IMG/VR virus record: IMGVR_UViG_3300022837_000003 | DNA: 41,001 bases | Source of the DNA: a virus | Direction: 5' to 3' (one strand) | Shown here: positions 29,822-40,332 of the stretch, in pieces | How the letters are laid out: every line of letters starts with the position of its first letter | Numbering within the stretch: the stretch's first letter is position 1 | Program-made: the position numbers and the translations under genes | The notes under the pieces: model-generated | Told to the model about the DNA's origin: nothing | Seen by the model: only the letters and a program-made list of their open reading frames with translations | The model's database searches: none

Positions 29822-32320
29822 ATGGGACTAATCTCAACCTCAATCCCCAATCTTATTAATGGTATTAGTCAACAAAATGCTGTTCAACGTAATGTAGGAC
29901 AGGCAGAAACACAGACTAATTTCTCATCTAATATTATTGAAGGATTAACTAAAAGACCTCCAACAGAATTTGTCGCTAATCTACTTTCCTCAACAGCGTT
30001 TCCAAATAATGCAGCAGTACATTGGATTAATAGAGATAGTGCCAACCAATATGTAGCGGTGTTTACAAATGGTACTGTTAAAGTTTTTGATTTAGAGGGT
30101 GTTGAAAAAACTGTTACTATAGGCACTGGTGGTGCTAGTTATTTAGCCACGACAACTCCTATTAACGATTTAGCATTTGCTAATATTGCAGACTATACAT
30201 TTGTCGCAAATAAAACAAAAACTATAACTGAAAATTCAACAACTACAGCAGTTAAAGTTCAAGAATATATTTCTTATGTTGTAAGTTCCCAGTACGGAAG
30301 ACAATATAGTGTTACTTTAAATCATTCGACTTGGTCATATCCGATAGAAGTTCTATTTCAAATGCCAACAGGTAATGATGCTTCAACTGATAGTGGGTTT
30401 AGAGATACAGAAAAAATTGCACACATATTATTATATGGAACAGCTTCATCACATTGGTCTGGCACTGCAGACGGTATTGGATTTAAAACTATAAGAACTG
30501 ACACTGGTGCAACTTTAAGTACAACACAAGGGTTAGCAAATTATTCTGAAATTACTGGAACGTTTACGCATACTCAATATGGTAACACGATTTACGGAAC
30601 ATGTAGTAGTGGTACATTCACAGTACAAACTACAGACGGTTTTGGTAACCAAGCTATGTACGCAGTTAAAGATTCTATACAAGATTTTACAAAATTACCT
30701 TATGACGCAAAACCAGGAATGATTATTCAAATCACTGGAGAAGAAGGGGATACACTTTCAGATTACTATGTAGAGTTTAAAGCAAATGGAGTATGGAGTG
30801 AGTGTGTTGGCCCAGGAGTTAAACTAGGTTTAGATAACGCCACAATGCCTTTTGCATTAATTAATAACAATAATAACACTTTTAGTTTTACAGAACAAAC
30901 ATATACAAACAGAGCAAGTGGTGATGAAACTACTAACTCTGCTCCAAGTTTTGTAGGTAAGAAAGTTTCTAACTTAACATTTTTTCAAAACAGATTAGGT
31001 ATAATTTCAGACCAAAATCTTGTTCTATCTGAAAATGCTTCTTACTATAATTTCTACGCAACAACAGGTACAGATGTTTTAGACACTGACCCTATTGATA
31101 TTGCAGCAGCAGGAACAACAGTAAATAAACTTTATAATTCTATAGATTTCAATGAACAACTTTTATTATTTTCAGCAGAAGCACAGTATATATTAGAAAG
31201 TTCAGGAGACTCAGTAACACCTACTACAGCAGTGTTAACTAAAACAAGTACATTTGCACATGCAACTAAAGTTTCTCCAGTTTCAGCAGGTAAATATGTT
31301 TACTTTGCACAGAATAGAAATGATAAAACAGCAGTAACAGAATATTTTGCAGATGATGATACATTAACAAATGATGGAATTGATGTAACAATAGGTGTTA
31401 GTTCTTTAATACCTGGAAACGCATACAAAATTGTATCAAACAATATTGAAGATACAATGGTAGTACTGTGTCACGATACTTTAGATGGCACTAATAACAC
31501 TGCGTACACGCCTGCCAGTGCTGTAACCGCTACAAACGCAAGTACATTAAATATCTATAAATATTTCTGGGATTCTAATAAGAAAGTTCAATCAGCCTGG
31601 AGTACATGGAGTTTATCAAATTGTCAGATTCTATCAGCAGAAGCTTATGACAGTTATTTGTATGTTTTAGTTAATGAAAACACTAATACAAAATTATTAA
31701 AAATAGATTTACGTAACCCAGATTTCTCTGGTTTATCTCACAACATTCACGTTGATTTTAGAACAGCTACACTATCAGGAACATACAGCTCATCTACAGA
31801 TTTAACAACATTCACACTTCCGTATTTGCTAAACCAAACATTAAAAGCAGTTGACGCAACAAATGGTTCAAATTTATCAATAGATAGTTCAAGTTCTGGA
31901 ACAACACAAAAAATTAAAGGTAATCATACTTCAGCAATATTTGGTTCAACATATTTATCTGAGTATAAATTTTCTACTCCTTATGTAAGAGAAGATGGAG
32001 GTAGTGGTACAATTTCAGTAACATCAGGGCGTTATCAGATTAGACAAGTTTCAGTCGATTATCAAAATAGTGGTTTCTTCCAAGCAGTCGTAACTCAAGA
32101 AGGTAGAAACAATGTTACTTATGAATTTAATGGAACAGTTATCAATAGTGCAAGTGCAATTATTGGACAGCCTAACATAACAAGTGGTACTTATAATATT
32201 CCTATTCAGTCTAGAAACACACACTATACATGCACACTTAAATCAGACTCACATTTACCAGTGCATTTTGTTTCAGCAGAATTAGAAGGCTTTTACCACA
32301 GGCGTTCACAAAGAGCTTAA
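29822..32320 (+). CDS. Tail tubular protein B, T7 gp12-like (832 aa)
   Basis: The N-terminus MGLISTSIPNLINGISQQ...EGLTKRPP parallels T7 gp12 (MALISQSIKNLKGGISQQ...EGLQKRPP). Confidence 0.9.
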   Translation: MGLISTSIPNLINGISQQNAVQRNVGQAETQTNFSSNIIEGLTKRPPTEFVANLLSSTAFPNNAAVHWINRDSANQYVAVFTNGTVKVFDLEGVEKTVTIGTGGASYLATTTPINDLAFANIADYTFVANKTKTITENSTTTAVKVQEYISYVVSSQYGRQYSVTLNHSTWSYPIEVLFQMPTGNDASTDSGFRDTEKIAHILLYGTASSHWSGTADGIGFKTIRTDTGATLSTTQGLANYSEITGTFTHTQYGNTIYGTCSSGTFTVQTTDGFGNQAMYAVKDSIQDFTKLPYDAKPGMIIQITGEEGDTLSDYYVEFKANGVWSECVGPGVKLGLDNATMPFALINNNNNTFSFTEQTYTNRASGDETTNSAPSFVGKKVSNLTFFQNRLGIISDQNLVLSENASYYNFYATTGTDVLDTDPIDIAAAGTTVNKLYNSIDFNEQLLLFSAEAQYILESSGDSVTPTTAVLTKTSTFAHATKVSPVSAGKYVYFAQNRNDKTAVTEYFADDDTLTNDGIDVTIGVSSLIPGNAYKIVSNNIEDTMVVLCHDTLDGTNNTAYTPASAVTATNASTLNIYKYFWDSNKKVQSAWSTWSLSNCQILSAEAYDSYLYVLVNENTNTKLLKIDLRNPDFSGLSHNIHVDFRTATLSGTYSSSTDLTTFTLPYLLNQTLKAVDATNGSNLSIDSSSSGTTQKIKGNHTSAIFGSTYLSEYKFSTPYVREDGGSGTISVTSGRYQIRQVSVDYQNSGFFQAVVTQEGRNNVTYEFNGTVINSASAIIGQPNITSGTYNIPIQSRNTHYTCTLKSDSHLPVHFVSAELEGFYHRRSQRA

Positions 32321-32787
32321 TGGAGAAGTACGTCAGAGTTTCTAAATCTGAGGATGCTCACGAGTTGGCCCCAAAGGTTAGACAAGAAGATTTAGATGAG
32401 ATTAAAGCTTCACATAATGCATTACCATTACAAGCTTTAACTTATCCGTTTCAACAATTAAACCATAAGACATATTCTATAATAGGGACGGAACAAGAAG
32501 GTGTCATTGGAATGTTTGGAGTGGTGCCTAGTCATAGTAAAGACTATGGTGTGGCTTGGTTATTATCTAGTCCAGAATTAATAAACCATACAATACAGTT
32601 TTTAAGAGAATGTCCTAAATGGGTAACAGAAATGGGACAGGATTATAAATATTTATACAATTATGTTGATGTTCGAAACAACGTTGGCAACAAATGGTTA
32701 AAGTTTTTAGGCTTTAACTTAATTGAAACCGTTAACTACGGTTATGAAAAAAAACCATTTAACTTAATGATAAAGGAAATAAAATAA
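32320..32787 (+). CDS. Internal virion protein A candidate, gp13-like (155 aa)
   Basis: Position after gp12, with an ATG overlapping its stop. The C-terminal NKWLKFLGFNLIE has an acetyltransferase-fold-like flavour. The assignment is mostly positional. Confidence 0.45.
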   Translation: MEKYVRVSKSEDAHELAPKVRQEDLDEIKASHNALPLQALTYPFQQLNHKTYSIIGTEQEGVIGMFGVVPSHSKDYGVAWLLSSPELINHTIQFLRECPKWVTEMGQDYKYLYNYVDVRNNVGNKWLKFLGFNLIETVNYGYEKKPFNLMIKEIK

Positions 32788-32788
32788 T

Positions 32789-33319
32789 ATGTGTTCACCA
32801 GAAGCTAAAATGGCATTGACAGTTTTCAGTGCTGTTCAATCTCACAATGCTAAACAACAAACAGCAAACGATACTGCGCGTTCAAATTTTCATGCTAAAG
32901 GTGCCGCAAGTTCTGCTTTATTTGATGACTATGGTGCAATAGATAATAATAAAATTGAAGCAGCAAGAGAAAAATCAGCAGAGAAATTTGCAATTAAAAG
33001 AGAAAATATTGCTAAGATGTCTAAACAACTTAATTTAAATGTAGGCAACGCTACTGCTATTTATAAAGATGTTGGCACAGACAGTGACGCAGAGTTTGCG
33101 AGTGTAGACAGAGCATTTAATCAAGACATGTTAGCGTTTAACAGGCAAGAAAATGAAGCATATTCAGCTTACGCAAATACAATTAACAATCTTCCTATAC
33201 CACAGCACCCAAGTCAAATGGCGTTAGCTATTGATATTGCAAGTGCAGGTGCAGACTATGGAAGCAATTCAAATAGAAAATATTTCAAAAAAGATAGTGG
33301 AAAGGTAGTAGCACCATAA
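32789..33319 (+). CDS. Internal virion protein B, gp14-like (176 aa)
   Basis: It starts MC... followed by an Ala/Gln-rich helical region (MALTVFSAVQSHNAKQQTAND), like T7 gp14 (MCWAAAIPIAISGAQAISGQNAQAK). Confidence 0.6.
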   Translation: MCSPEAKMALTVFSAVQSHNAKQQTANDTARSNFHAKGAASSALFDDYGAIDNNKIEAAREKSAEKFAIKRENIAKMSKQLNLNVGNATAIYKDVGTDSDAEFASVDRAFNQDMLAFNRQENEAYSAYANTINNLPIPQHPSQMALAIDIASAGADYGSNSNRKYFKKDSGKVVAP

Positions 33320-35598
33320 TGGCATATAAATCACAGGTTAAATCAGTTGGTTATCAAAGAACATCAGTAGGTAGCAAAAGAACATCACCAACTAATGAAC
33401 TGTCTCAAATAGCAGAATCTTTAAAAGGTTTTAATAAATCATTTGATAAATTTACAGCTAATTATAAAGATGAACAACAGAATGACGCTCAACTAGTTTT
33501 TGATACATTAAAAACTCAAGGCATCTCAGACCCAGAAGAAATTAAAAAACTTATTGATAAAGGTGACCCTAGAGTTGCCAATCTAAAAGGTTACTACACA
33601 AGAGCTATTGTTGATTCTAATTTTGGTTTATCACACGCTATTGAAGATTTTAATAATATAAATTTACAAGTAGCAGATATAACTGGTGGTGATGAAAATA
33701 GTGATTCCATGGCTAATCTTAATGTTGATAAACTACTTCAAACAGCTGAAGGAAGTCCTTTAAGAAATTTAGACAATCAATCAAAATCTTATAACCGTTC
33801 ATACACAGAGTCTTTAAATAAAATGAGATTAGAGTTAGACTCAAAAGTATCTGTAGCAAAAGGTTTACAATTAAATAGAGCTACCAACGCAGCATCTTTT
33901 CAAATTATAGCAAAAGCTTGGGAACAAGGTGGAGCCTGGGTAGACAACAGTAATCTTAAAAAAACAAAAAACAACCAAACTGATTCAATGGAAACTCAGG
34001 GTGAGTCTGTTTATCATTCTTCTACTAGAACTAAAGATTTAGAACAATTAAGAAAAGATAAAGTTGTTGGTGAAAAATTTATTAATAAAGATGAATGGAA
34101 CAAACAAGTTTTAAATTATTTTGAACAAAGAGTAGATTTACAATCAACAGGTCTAATAAATGACCCTCAAGAGTTTACTGATATTGTAACATATCTTACA
34201 ATGAACAGAGGTACAGATGGTAAACTTCCTTCTTATCTGAGAACTCCCCAAACACAGGAACAAGCAACAGATATTATTAAATCTATTAAAGGCAAAGTAG
34301 CTACTTCTAGTAAATTAGCTATTGCTGTTGATTTAATTTCTAAAGGACATGCTTATAAAAAAGATGAAACAACTTATACAGATTCAAGCGGTAATATTAA
34401 AATTGGATTAAGCACAGAGGATATGAGCAATGCTATTGTTACTTGGGAAAAAACTTTAGTAGAACCTCATATAAATAAAATGGTTGCTAATGGGGACGTT
34501 CCAAAAGATTTAGCTGAATTTACAAAATTTCAAATAACACAAAAAATGCTAGACGCTAATGGTATTCAACACCCTACTTGGAAAAATGAAATTACAATGG
34601 GTTATGATTCTATTAATGTTATTAAATCAGTAGGAAATAATGACACGCTTGACCCCGATGGAATTGATATTTTTCAAAGAGGTTTTAAAAGATACCAACA
34701 GTTAAGAACTATCTACGGAGAGAATGTTCCTACAAAATATGCTTCAACAGACGCCTCTTCTTTTTATGAAATTGTAAACAATCTTACTCGAAATACGAAC
34801 ATGGGTGAAGAAAGAGCAATCATGAAAGCTTATGAAGCTATCAACAATCCTACTCTTGCATACGCAGACCTTAAAGTTACTAAGTCAGACATCTATGATG
34901 ATGTTAAAGGTAAGTTTGATAAATGGTTTGATGAAGGTATTCCATGGTTTGAGGGCATGATATTTACAAATAAAGAAGATATGCCTGACTGGGCTAAAGC
35001 AATAACAAGAGATAATCCTGGGTTTGATTGGGATGATGTTGACATGTCTTTAGTACAACAGAGAGCAACCATGACAGCATCTACAATGATGTCAGCAGGT
35101 ATGAAAAAAGAAGACGCTATTAAATTTGGAATTAACGAAGTAGTGTCGAGACACACTTTAGTAGATGGTGTTCTTGTAAATAACTCATCTTTTCCTTTGA
35201 CTGACTCAAAAATTTTAACAGAGAAAAGTCAATTAATTGCAAAGAAATTTGAAAATGTTTGGATGCAAAAATACAAAGAAGATGGAAAATTAGAAGGTTG
35301 GTTTAATGAAGGTGATATTCCTTTGGTTGCAGATAGAAAAGGTGATTTAAAATACTACGCAGAAGACTTGGTAGTACGTCCTTTTAAAAGTGGCTTGTTA
35401 GTATTAACAGATAAAGGTTCTCAATTACCAGTTTTAACACCTAACGGAGATTTTGTAATTATTTCAACAGGAGATTTTACAGATGGTTCTATTGATGAGC
35501 TAATGAAAAAAGATAAAGATTTTAAAATATTAAATGAAAATGCAGTTAACCAAAAAAATCTTTTATTAATTGAACAGACAAAGGTAAATAAAAAATGA
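33319..35598 (+). CDS. Internal core protein, gp15-like (759 aa)
   Basis: Size (T7 gp15 is about 747 aa) and position. No strong motif recognised. Confidence 0.6.
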   Translation: MAYKSQVKSVGYQRTSVGSKRTSPTNELSQIAESLKGFNKSFDKFTANYKDEQQNDAQLVFDTLKTQGISDPEEIKKLIDKGDPRVANLKGYYTRAIVDSNFGLSHAIEDFNNINLQVADITGGDENSDSMANLNVDKLLQTAEGSPLRNLDNQSKSYNRSYTESLNKMRLELDSKVSVAKGLQLNRATNAASFQIIAKAWEQGGAWVDNSNLKKTKNNQTDSMETQGESVYHSSTRTKDLEQLRKDKVVGEKFINKDEWNKQVLNYFEQRVDLQSTGLINDPQEFTDIVTYLTMNRGTDGKLPSYLRTPQTQEQATDIIKSIKGKVATSSKLAIAVDLISKGHAYKKDETTYTDSSGNIKIGLSTEDMSNAIVTWEKTLVEPHINKMVANGDVPKDLAEFTKFQITQKMLDANGIQHPTWKNEITMGYDSINVIKSVGNNDTLDPDGIDIFQRGFKRYQQLRTIYGENVPTKYASTDASSFYEIVNNLTRNTNMGEERAIMKAYEAINNPTLAYADLKVTKSDIYDDVKGKFDKWFDEGIPWFEGMIFTNKEDMPDWAKAITRDNPGFDWDDVDMSLVQQRATMTASTMMSAGMKKEDAIKFGINEVVSRHTLVDGVLVNNSSFPLTDSKILTEKSQLIAKKFENVWMQKYKEDGKLEGWFNEGDIPLVADRKGDLKYYAEDLVVRPFKSGLLVLTDKGSQLPVLTPNGDFVIISTGDFTDGSIDELMKKDKDFKILNENAVNQKNLLLIEQTKVNKK

Positions 35599-37715
35599 AC
35601 GAAGAATTAATAAATAAAATTTTAGAAGGTATAGCTAAAGATGAAGGTACAGAAGGAAGAGCCGTTGCTTTAGAAGGTGGGGGAAGTACTAGAGGTTATG
35701 GAATTACAACTATAGCAGAAGGTTTAAAAAAAGCTTTAATTTTTAGTAATCTTAATGCTGATGAAATGTCAGATAGAGATTTAGCAAGACAAATTGTTAT
35801 TTATAACATTGGTGAAATGAAAAAAGACATGGGTGAAGAGACCTGGAATAATTTACCAGACCAAATGAAAATTGTTGCTTCAGACCAATATTATAATTCT
35901 GGAAAATTATTTGATGGATTTAAAGGAGATTTAATTAGTGGAAACTATGAAAATGCATTAAAAAATACTTTAGATATTATCTCTGCCAACGACCCTAAAA
36001 CAGGCACAAATGGTGTCATGACTGGTTTAATTAACAGAAGAGTTAGTAAATACAATGAGGCTGCTGAAGTTTTAGGATTTAATCAGATAACTAATTTTAC
36101 AACAGGAAATTCTATAGAAGAAGGAAAACAAACTGCTGTTACTTATAATTATAATAATGGTGGCCCTTTTATAGTCAACACTATGTCAGGCATGCACAGC
36201 GAGTCGCTAAAAAAAACTGAACCTTTAATAAGCCTGGAAGCTCAGAGTGTGGTTGACAATGTTATTCAAAATACATCAGACGTAGTACAAAAAATCCCAG
36301 ACAACATTGAAAATAATACTTTTGGTGAATTTGCAAGTCAAACCCTAGGTGAACTACAAACTAATTTTCAAGTTCCAGAATTACAATTACCTTTAGTGCA
36401 AGGACTAATGGATAGAAGACGTAATCAAATAAATGATGAAGCTGATAAAGCGCAAGAAAACTACGACATGCAATCAGCTAATGATTTTATAAATAATATT
36501 GAAGAACCACAGTTATGGAATTTAGATTTTAAACAACCTTATGACCAAGAAGATTTAGATGCAATCAATGACGTACAGTTTAAAAGACAACAAGATTTAA
36601 AAAAGAAATTTACTTTAGGTGCTGCTACATCAGGTGCGTATGAATCTGAATGGATAGAAGCTAATCTTTACAAACAATTTAATGCTGAAAAACTAGCACC
36701 AGATTCAAGTTTTCAATTAACTCAAGAAAAACTAGATGCGTTAGCTTTAGATTTACCTGATGATTTTAGAGATGAGTTTGCACACGCTCACAGTGATGCA
36801 CATGCTCAACAAATTAGACAACAACTTTTATCACATTTAGAACTTGAAGATAAAATATATTCACAAGGAAGAGCAAAAGGAACCATGTTAAGATTAATGG
36901 CTGCTTTTACTGACCCTGCTGCTTGGGCAGCAATTATGGCAACAGATGGAATATTAGCTCCAGTTATAGCTATACAAAAATCTGTAAGAGCCTACAGAAT
37001 GTTAAGAAAAGGATTTGCAGGTGCAGTTTCTATTGGAGGTATTGAAAGCTATTTAGCAACACAAAGACCTGACTATGATATAGATGATGTTATGCACGGT
37101 GTTTTAGCAGGTGCATTTCTTGGAAGTTTATTTGGAATAAGAACTCCTAAAATTAAATCAAACAAGTTTACTAAAACTTTTAAAGATGCAGCAGATGAGG
37201 CTGACACTAAACTTATTAGAGATGATGGAGGATTTACTCCTACTGGTGGTGGTGGAAAAAACACACTTCCTAAAATATTTAATAAAGGGGATACAATACG
37301 TATTGATAATAAAGGTGGGACAGGAACTATACTTGGGTTTAATAAAACTTCTAGTAAATCAGGAAACATGAATGACAATTATGTTATTAAAATAGATAAC
37401 AAATCAAAAGTGTCTTCAACCCAAAACGATAACATGGTTCTAAGTAGAGAAATTGTAGATGAACTAAATATTAAAAATAATCAAAGCAGAAGCACAGACC
37501 TTGTACCTGGGCCTAATAACCCAAATCCATTGAAACCAAATGGTGAAAAAACGTTTGATTGGTATGACCCTAAGTATGATTTAGCGTTACACACAACAAA
37601 AAGACCAGATGGAAGATTTGAAATTAAAATGATTGAAAACCAAACAGGAAAACCAGACGAATTAATTATGCAAGTTAATAAAGATGGAACTGTAGAAATA
37701 AGGAAATGTTTATAA
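35595..37715 (+). CDS. Internal virion protein, N-terminal half of a gp16 equivalent (706 aa); possible lysozyme-like N-terminal domain
   Basis: The N-terminal EGIAKDEGTEGRAVALEGGGSTRGYGITT weakly resembles EGG...GG.T.YGIT muramidase motifs. Hydrophobic helices occur near residues 450-510 (AAWAAIMATDGILAPVIAI, VLAGAFLGSLFGI). It contains the portal-like block ELQLPLVQGLMDR. Confidence 0.55.
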   Translation: MNEELINKILEGIAKDEGTEGRAVALEGGGSTRGYGITTIAEGLKKALIFSNLNADEMSDRDLARQIVIYNIGEMKKDMGEETWNNLPDQMKIVASDQYYNSGKLFDGFKGDLISGNYENALKNTLDIISANDPKTGTNGVMTGLINRRVSKYNEAAEVLGFNQITNFTTGNSIEEGKQTAVTYNYNNGGPFIVNTMSGMHSESLKKTEPLISLEAQSVVDNVIQNTSDVVQKIPDNIENNTFGEFASQTLGELQTNFQVPELQLPLVQGLMDRRRNQINDEADKAQENYDMQSANDFINNIEEPQLWNLDFKQPYDQEDLDAINDVQFKRQQDLKKKFTLGAATSGAYESEWIEANLYKQFNAEKLAPDSSFQLTQEKLDALALDLPDDFRDEFAHAHSDAHAQQIRQQLLSHLELEDKIYSQGRAKGTMLRLMAAFTDPAAWAAIMATDGILAPVIAIQKSVRAYRMLRKGFAGAVSIGGIESYLATQRPDYDIDDVMHGVLAGAFLGSLFGIRTPKIKSNKFTKTFKDAADEADTKLIRDDGGFTPTGGGGKNTLPKIFNKGDTIRIDNKGGTGTILGFNKTSSKSGNMNDNYVIKIDNKSKVSSTQNDNMVLSREIVDELNIKNNQSRSTDLVPGPNNPNPLKPNGEKTFDWYDPKYDLALHTTKRPDGRFEIKMIENQTGKPDELIMQVNKDGTVEIRKCL

Positions 37716-40330
37716 TGGCAAGAAAAATATGTAGTTGGAAAGACGCAATACCTGAAAATGTATTTGAAGATAAAGCAACCGCTAACGAATATGTTAGAGG
37801 TAGAATGGCAGAATTTAATATTCTACGTGACTCTGATATGACACCAGAAACTTGGGCAAGAGCAGTAAGATTTGATTTCTTTGCAGCAATGGCTTCAACC
37901 ATGAGTAACAAAATGAGAAAAATGGGAAGTATTTTAGTTAGAGATTCTACTCCAAAAAAAGGTGTAACTAATTACACAAGACCTGTAACTGCTTCGGAAG
38001 TTAAAGACATGAATGTAGATAGAATGATGGTTTTATATCATGTTCCTCATACAAATTTTTTAAAAAAATGGCTAATAGAACAAAAGAAATTAAACAGATA
38101 CGGATGGACTAGTGCAAACAATAATAAAGTAAGAAAAGAATTTAATGATTTAGTAGGTAGAGCAATACGTGGAGAAACTATTGCTTTAAATGAATTAGGA
38201 TATGTAGGTAAAGAAAGTCAAGAATTAATTGCTAAAATGGCAAAAGTTCAAAGTAATTTATTAAATGAGCAGCTTCAAATGCTTAAAATTACAGGCGTAG
38301 AAGGTGCTGAAAATATTGTAGATAATTTTAATTATTTAACAAGAGTTCATAATCCACAAAAATATCAAAAAATATTATCAGACCCGAGTAAAGGCCCTCA
38401 ATATCTTAAAACGTTTTTAGTAAACGCTATGGACGATACAATGGTTAAAGGCTCTAAACAAAAACCATTAACAGCAGCTCAAAAAATGACAATAGCAGAA
38501 AATCTAGTAACTATTGTTCAACGTTCAAATTTTCAAAGAGGTGGTGTTAATTTAGATTTTATCATGACTAGTATGCAAAAACGTGAAACTTTTAGACGTA
38601 CAATGCAAGACCATACTGATATGAAACCTGAAGAAATAGACAATTTAATTAATAAAATGTTTAAAGTTCCTCCTGGAACAACAGGTGCTAGCTCATCTTA
38701 TTTACAAAGAAGAATTAAATTTAATGAAGGACATACTGACGGTAGAACAAACTTTTCTGATTTATTAGAAAACAATGCTGAAGCTTTATTTATGAATTAT
38801 ACCAACAGTGCAATGGGGGATATGGCTCTTGCTTATAAAGGTATAAAATCTAGAGGCGATTTTGCAAGATTGAGACAAGAAATTGTAGACGATTATTCTG
38901 CTGCAACTATTAATTCTGGTAAACTTAAAAAATGGCAAATGGATAATGAATTAGACGCTATGGATATGGCTTATAGTTATATCAAAGGTCAGCCTCTTGC
39001 ACCAAACCCAAGCGGTTTAGGCCCTACAGCAGGTAGATTTATTCGTAAATTAAATTATTCAAGAGTGATGAACCAAGTAGGCTTTGCTAACATGTCTGAG
39101 ATGGGAAACCTTACAGGTTTAATTGGTTGGAGAGCAACATTAAACAATGTACCTGAAGTTAGACGTATGATGAAACGTTTAGAAAATGGTGAACGTGTAG
39201 ATGATTTTATTAGAGAGATAGATTACACTCTTGGTGGTATTGGTAACCACTCAATTATTCAGCAAGTTACAAATAGATTAGATGATTTTGGAAGCAACAT
39301 GTCGGATGATTTAGTAACAACTGCTGAAAATAGATTAGACCAATTAAACAGGTTTACAAATACTTACTCTGGACAATTTGCAAGTACATCCGCAATGCAA
39401 ATTGTTACTGTATCTGAAATGACTCATATATTTGGTAAATGGGCTGTAGGTAAGGGAAGCCATCCTTTTGCTAAACTTAGATTTGGTAAAAATAGAATGT
39501 CTGATGACCAGATGAGAGCAAGGATGGATGATTTAGGTATTAGTCCTACAATGTTAGAAAAGATTTCTAACGAATTTAAAAGTCATACATCATGGGTTAA
39601 AGGTGAGCTTGGTACAAGAATTTCAAAAACTAATTTTGATAGATGGTCTAATGAAACTAGAGCAGTCTACATTATGGCTATGAGAAGATTAGCACATAGA
39701 ACAGTCCAACAAGCAGATATAGGTGAGAAAGCATATTTTGGATATTTAAAAGAATTTGGAATGAATGCAGACGGTCACTTAGGACAAATCGCTTATCAGT
39801 TTAGAAGCTTCATGTTCACTTCCTGGGCTAAACAATTCCTATATGGATTAAAAATGAGAGACGCTATTGTGTTTGACCAGTTTATGAACTCAATGCTTTG
39901 GGGTAGTTTAATGTTTTCAGCACAAGTTTCACTAGCAGGTTTAGCTCACCCAAACCAAAAAGAATTTTATGAAAGAAGATTAAATCCAGAAACAATCGCT
40001 AAAGCAGGATTTCAAAGAGCTGCTTTTGCTTCATTGCTTCCTGTAGGTGCCAATTTATTAGGTTCAATGTATACAGACAATCCTATATTTGGATACAGAA
40101 CAAGTGGTTTAGACACTAATATTATTACTGGTAACCCCACTTATTCATTAATATTTCAAAAATTAATACCAACAATAAAAGCAGTATCCCAAAGTACTTT
40201 CAATCCTGAGAGAACATTTTCTCAATCAGACGGAAACAAAGCTATTGGAATATTGCCATTTTATAATTTAATAGGTTTACAGCAATTTTTAAGAGCAATA
40301 GCGGGTGAACTGCCTGAAAACCGACAATAA
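37715..40330 (+). CDS. Internal virion protein, C-terminal half of a gp16 equivalent (871 aa)
   Basis: I prefer ATG 37715 (TAATG overlap, RBS AAGGAA 9 nt upstream) over track start 37706. It is the last large ORF before the fibre gene, as gp16 is in T7. Confidence 0.6.
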   Translation: MARKICSWKDAIPENVFEDKATANEYVRGRMAEFNILRDSDMTPETWARAVRFDFFAAMASTMSNKMRKMGSILVRDSTPKKGVTNYTRPVTASEVKDMNVDRMMVLYHVPHTNFLKKWLIEQKKLNRYGWTSANNNKVRKEFNDLVGRAIRGETIALNELGYVGKESQELIAKMAKVQSNLLNEQLQMLKITGVEGAENIVDNFNYLTRVHNPQKYQKILSDPSKGPQYLKTFLVNAMDDTMVKGSKQKPLTAAQKMTIAENLVTIVQRSNFQRGGVNLDFIMTSMQKRETFRRTMQDHTDMKPEEIDNLINKMFKVPPGTTGASSSYLQRRIKFNEGHTDGRTNFSDLLENNAEALFMNYTNSAMGDMALAYKGIKSRGDFARLRQEIVDDYSAATINSGKLKKWQMDNELDAMDMAYSYIKGQPLAPNPSGLGPTAGRFIRKLNYSRVMNQVGFANMSEMGNLTGLIGWRATLNNVPEVRRMMKRLENGERVDDFIREIDYTLGGIGNHSIIQQVTNRLDDFGSNMSDDLVTTAENRLDQLNRFTNTYSGQFASTSAMQIVTVSEMTHIFGKWAVGKGSHPFAKLRFGKNRMSDDQMRARMDDLGISPTMLEKISNEFKSHTSWVKGELGTRISKTNFDRWSNETRAVYIMAMRRLAHRTVQQADIGEKAYFGYLKEFGMNADGHLGQIAYQFRSFMFTSWAKQFLYGLKMRDAIVFDQFMNSMLWGSLMFSAQVSLAGLAHPNQKEFYERRLNPETIAKAGFQRAAFASLLPVGANLLGSMYTDNPIFGYRTSGLDTNIITGNPTYSLIFQKLIPTIKAVSQSTFNPERTFSQSDGNKAIGILPFYNLIGLQQFLRAIAGELPENRQ

Positions 40331-40332
40331 TA

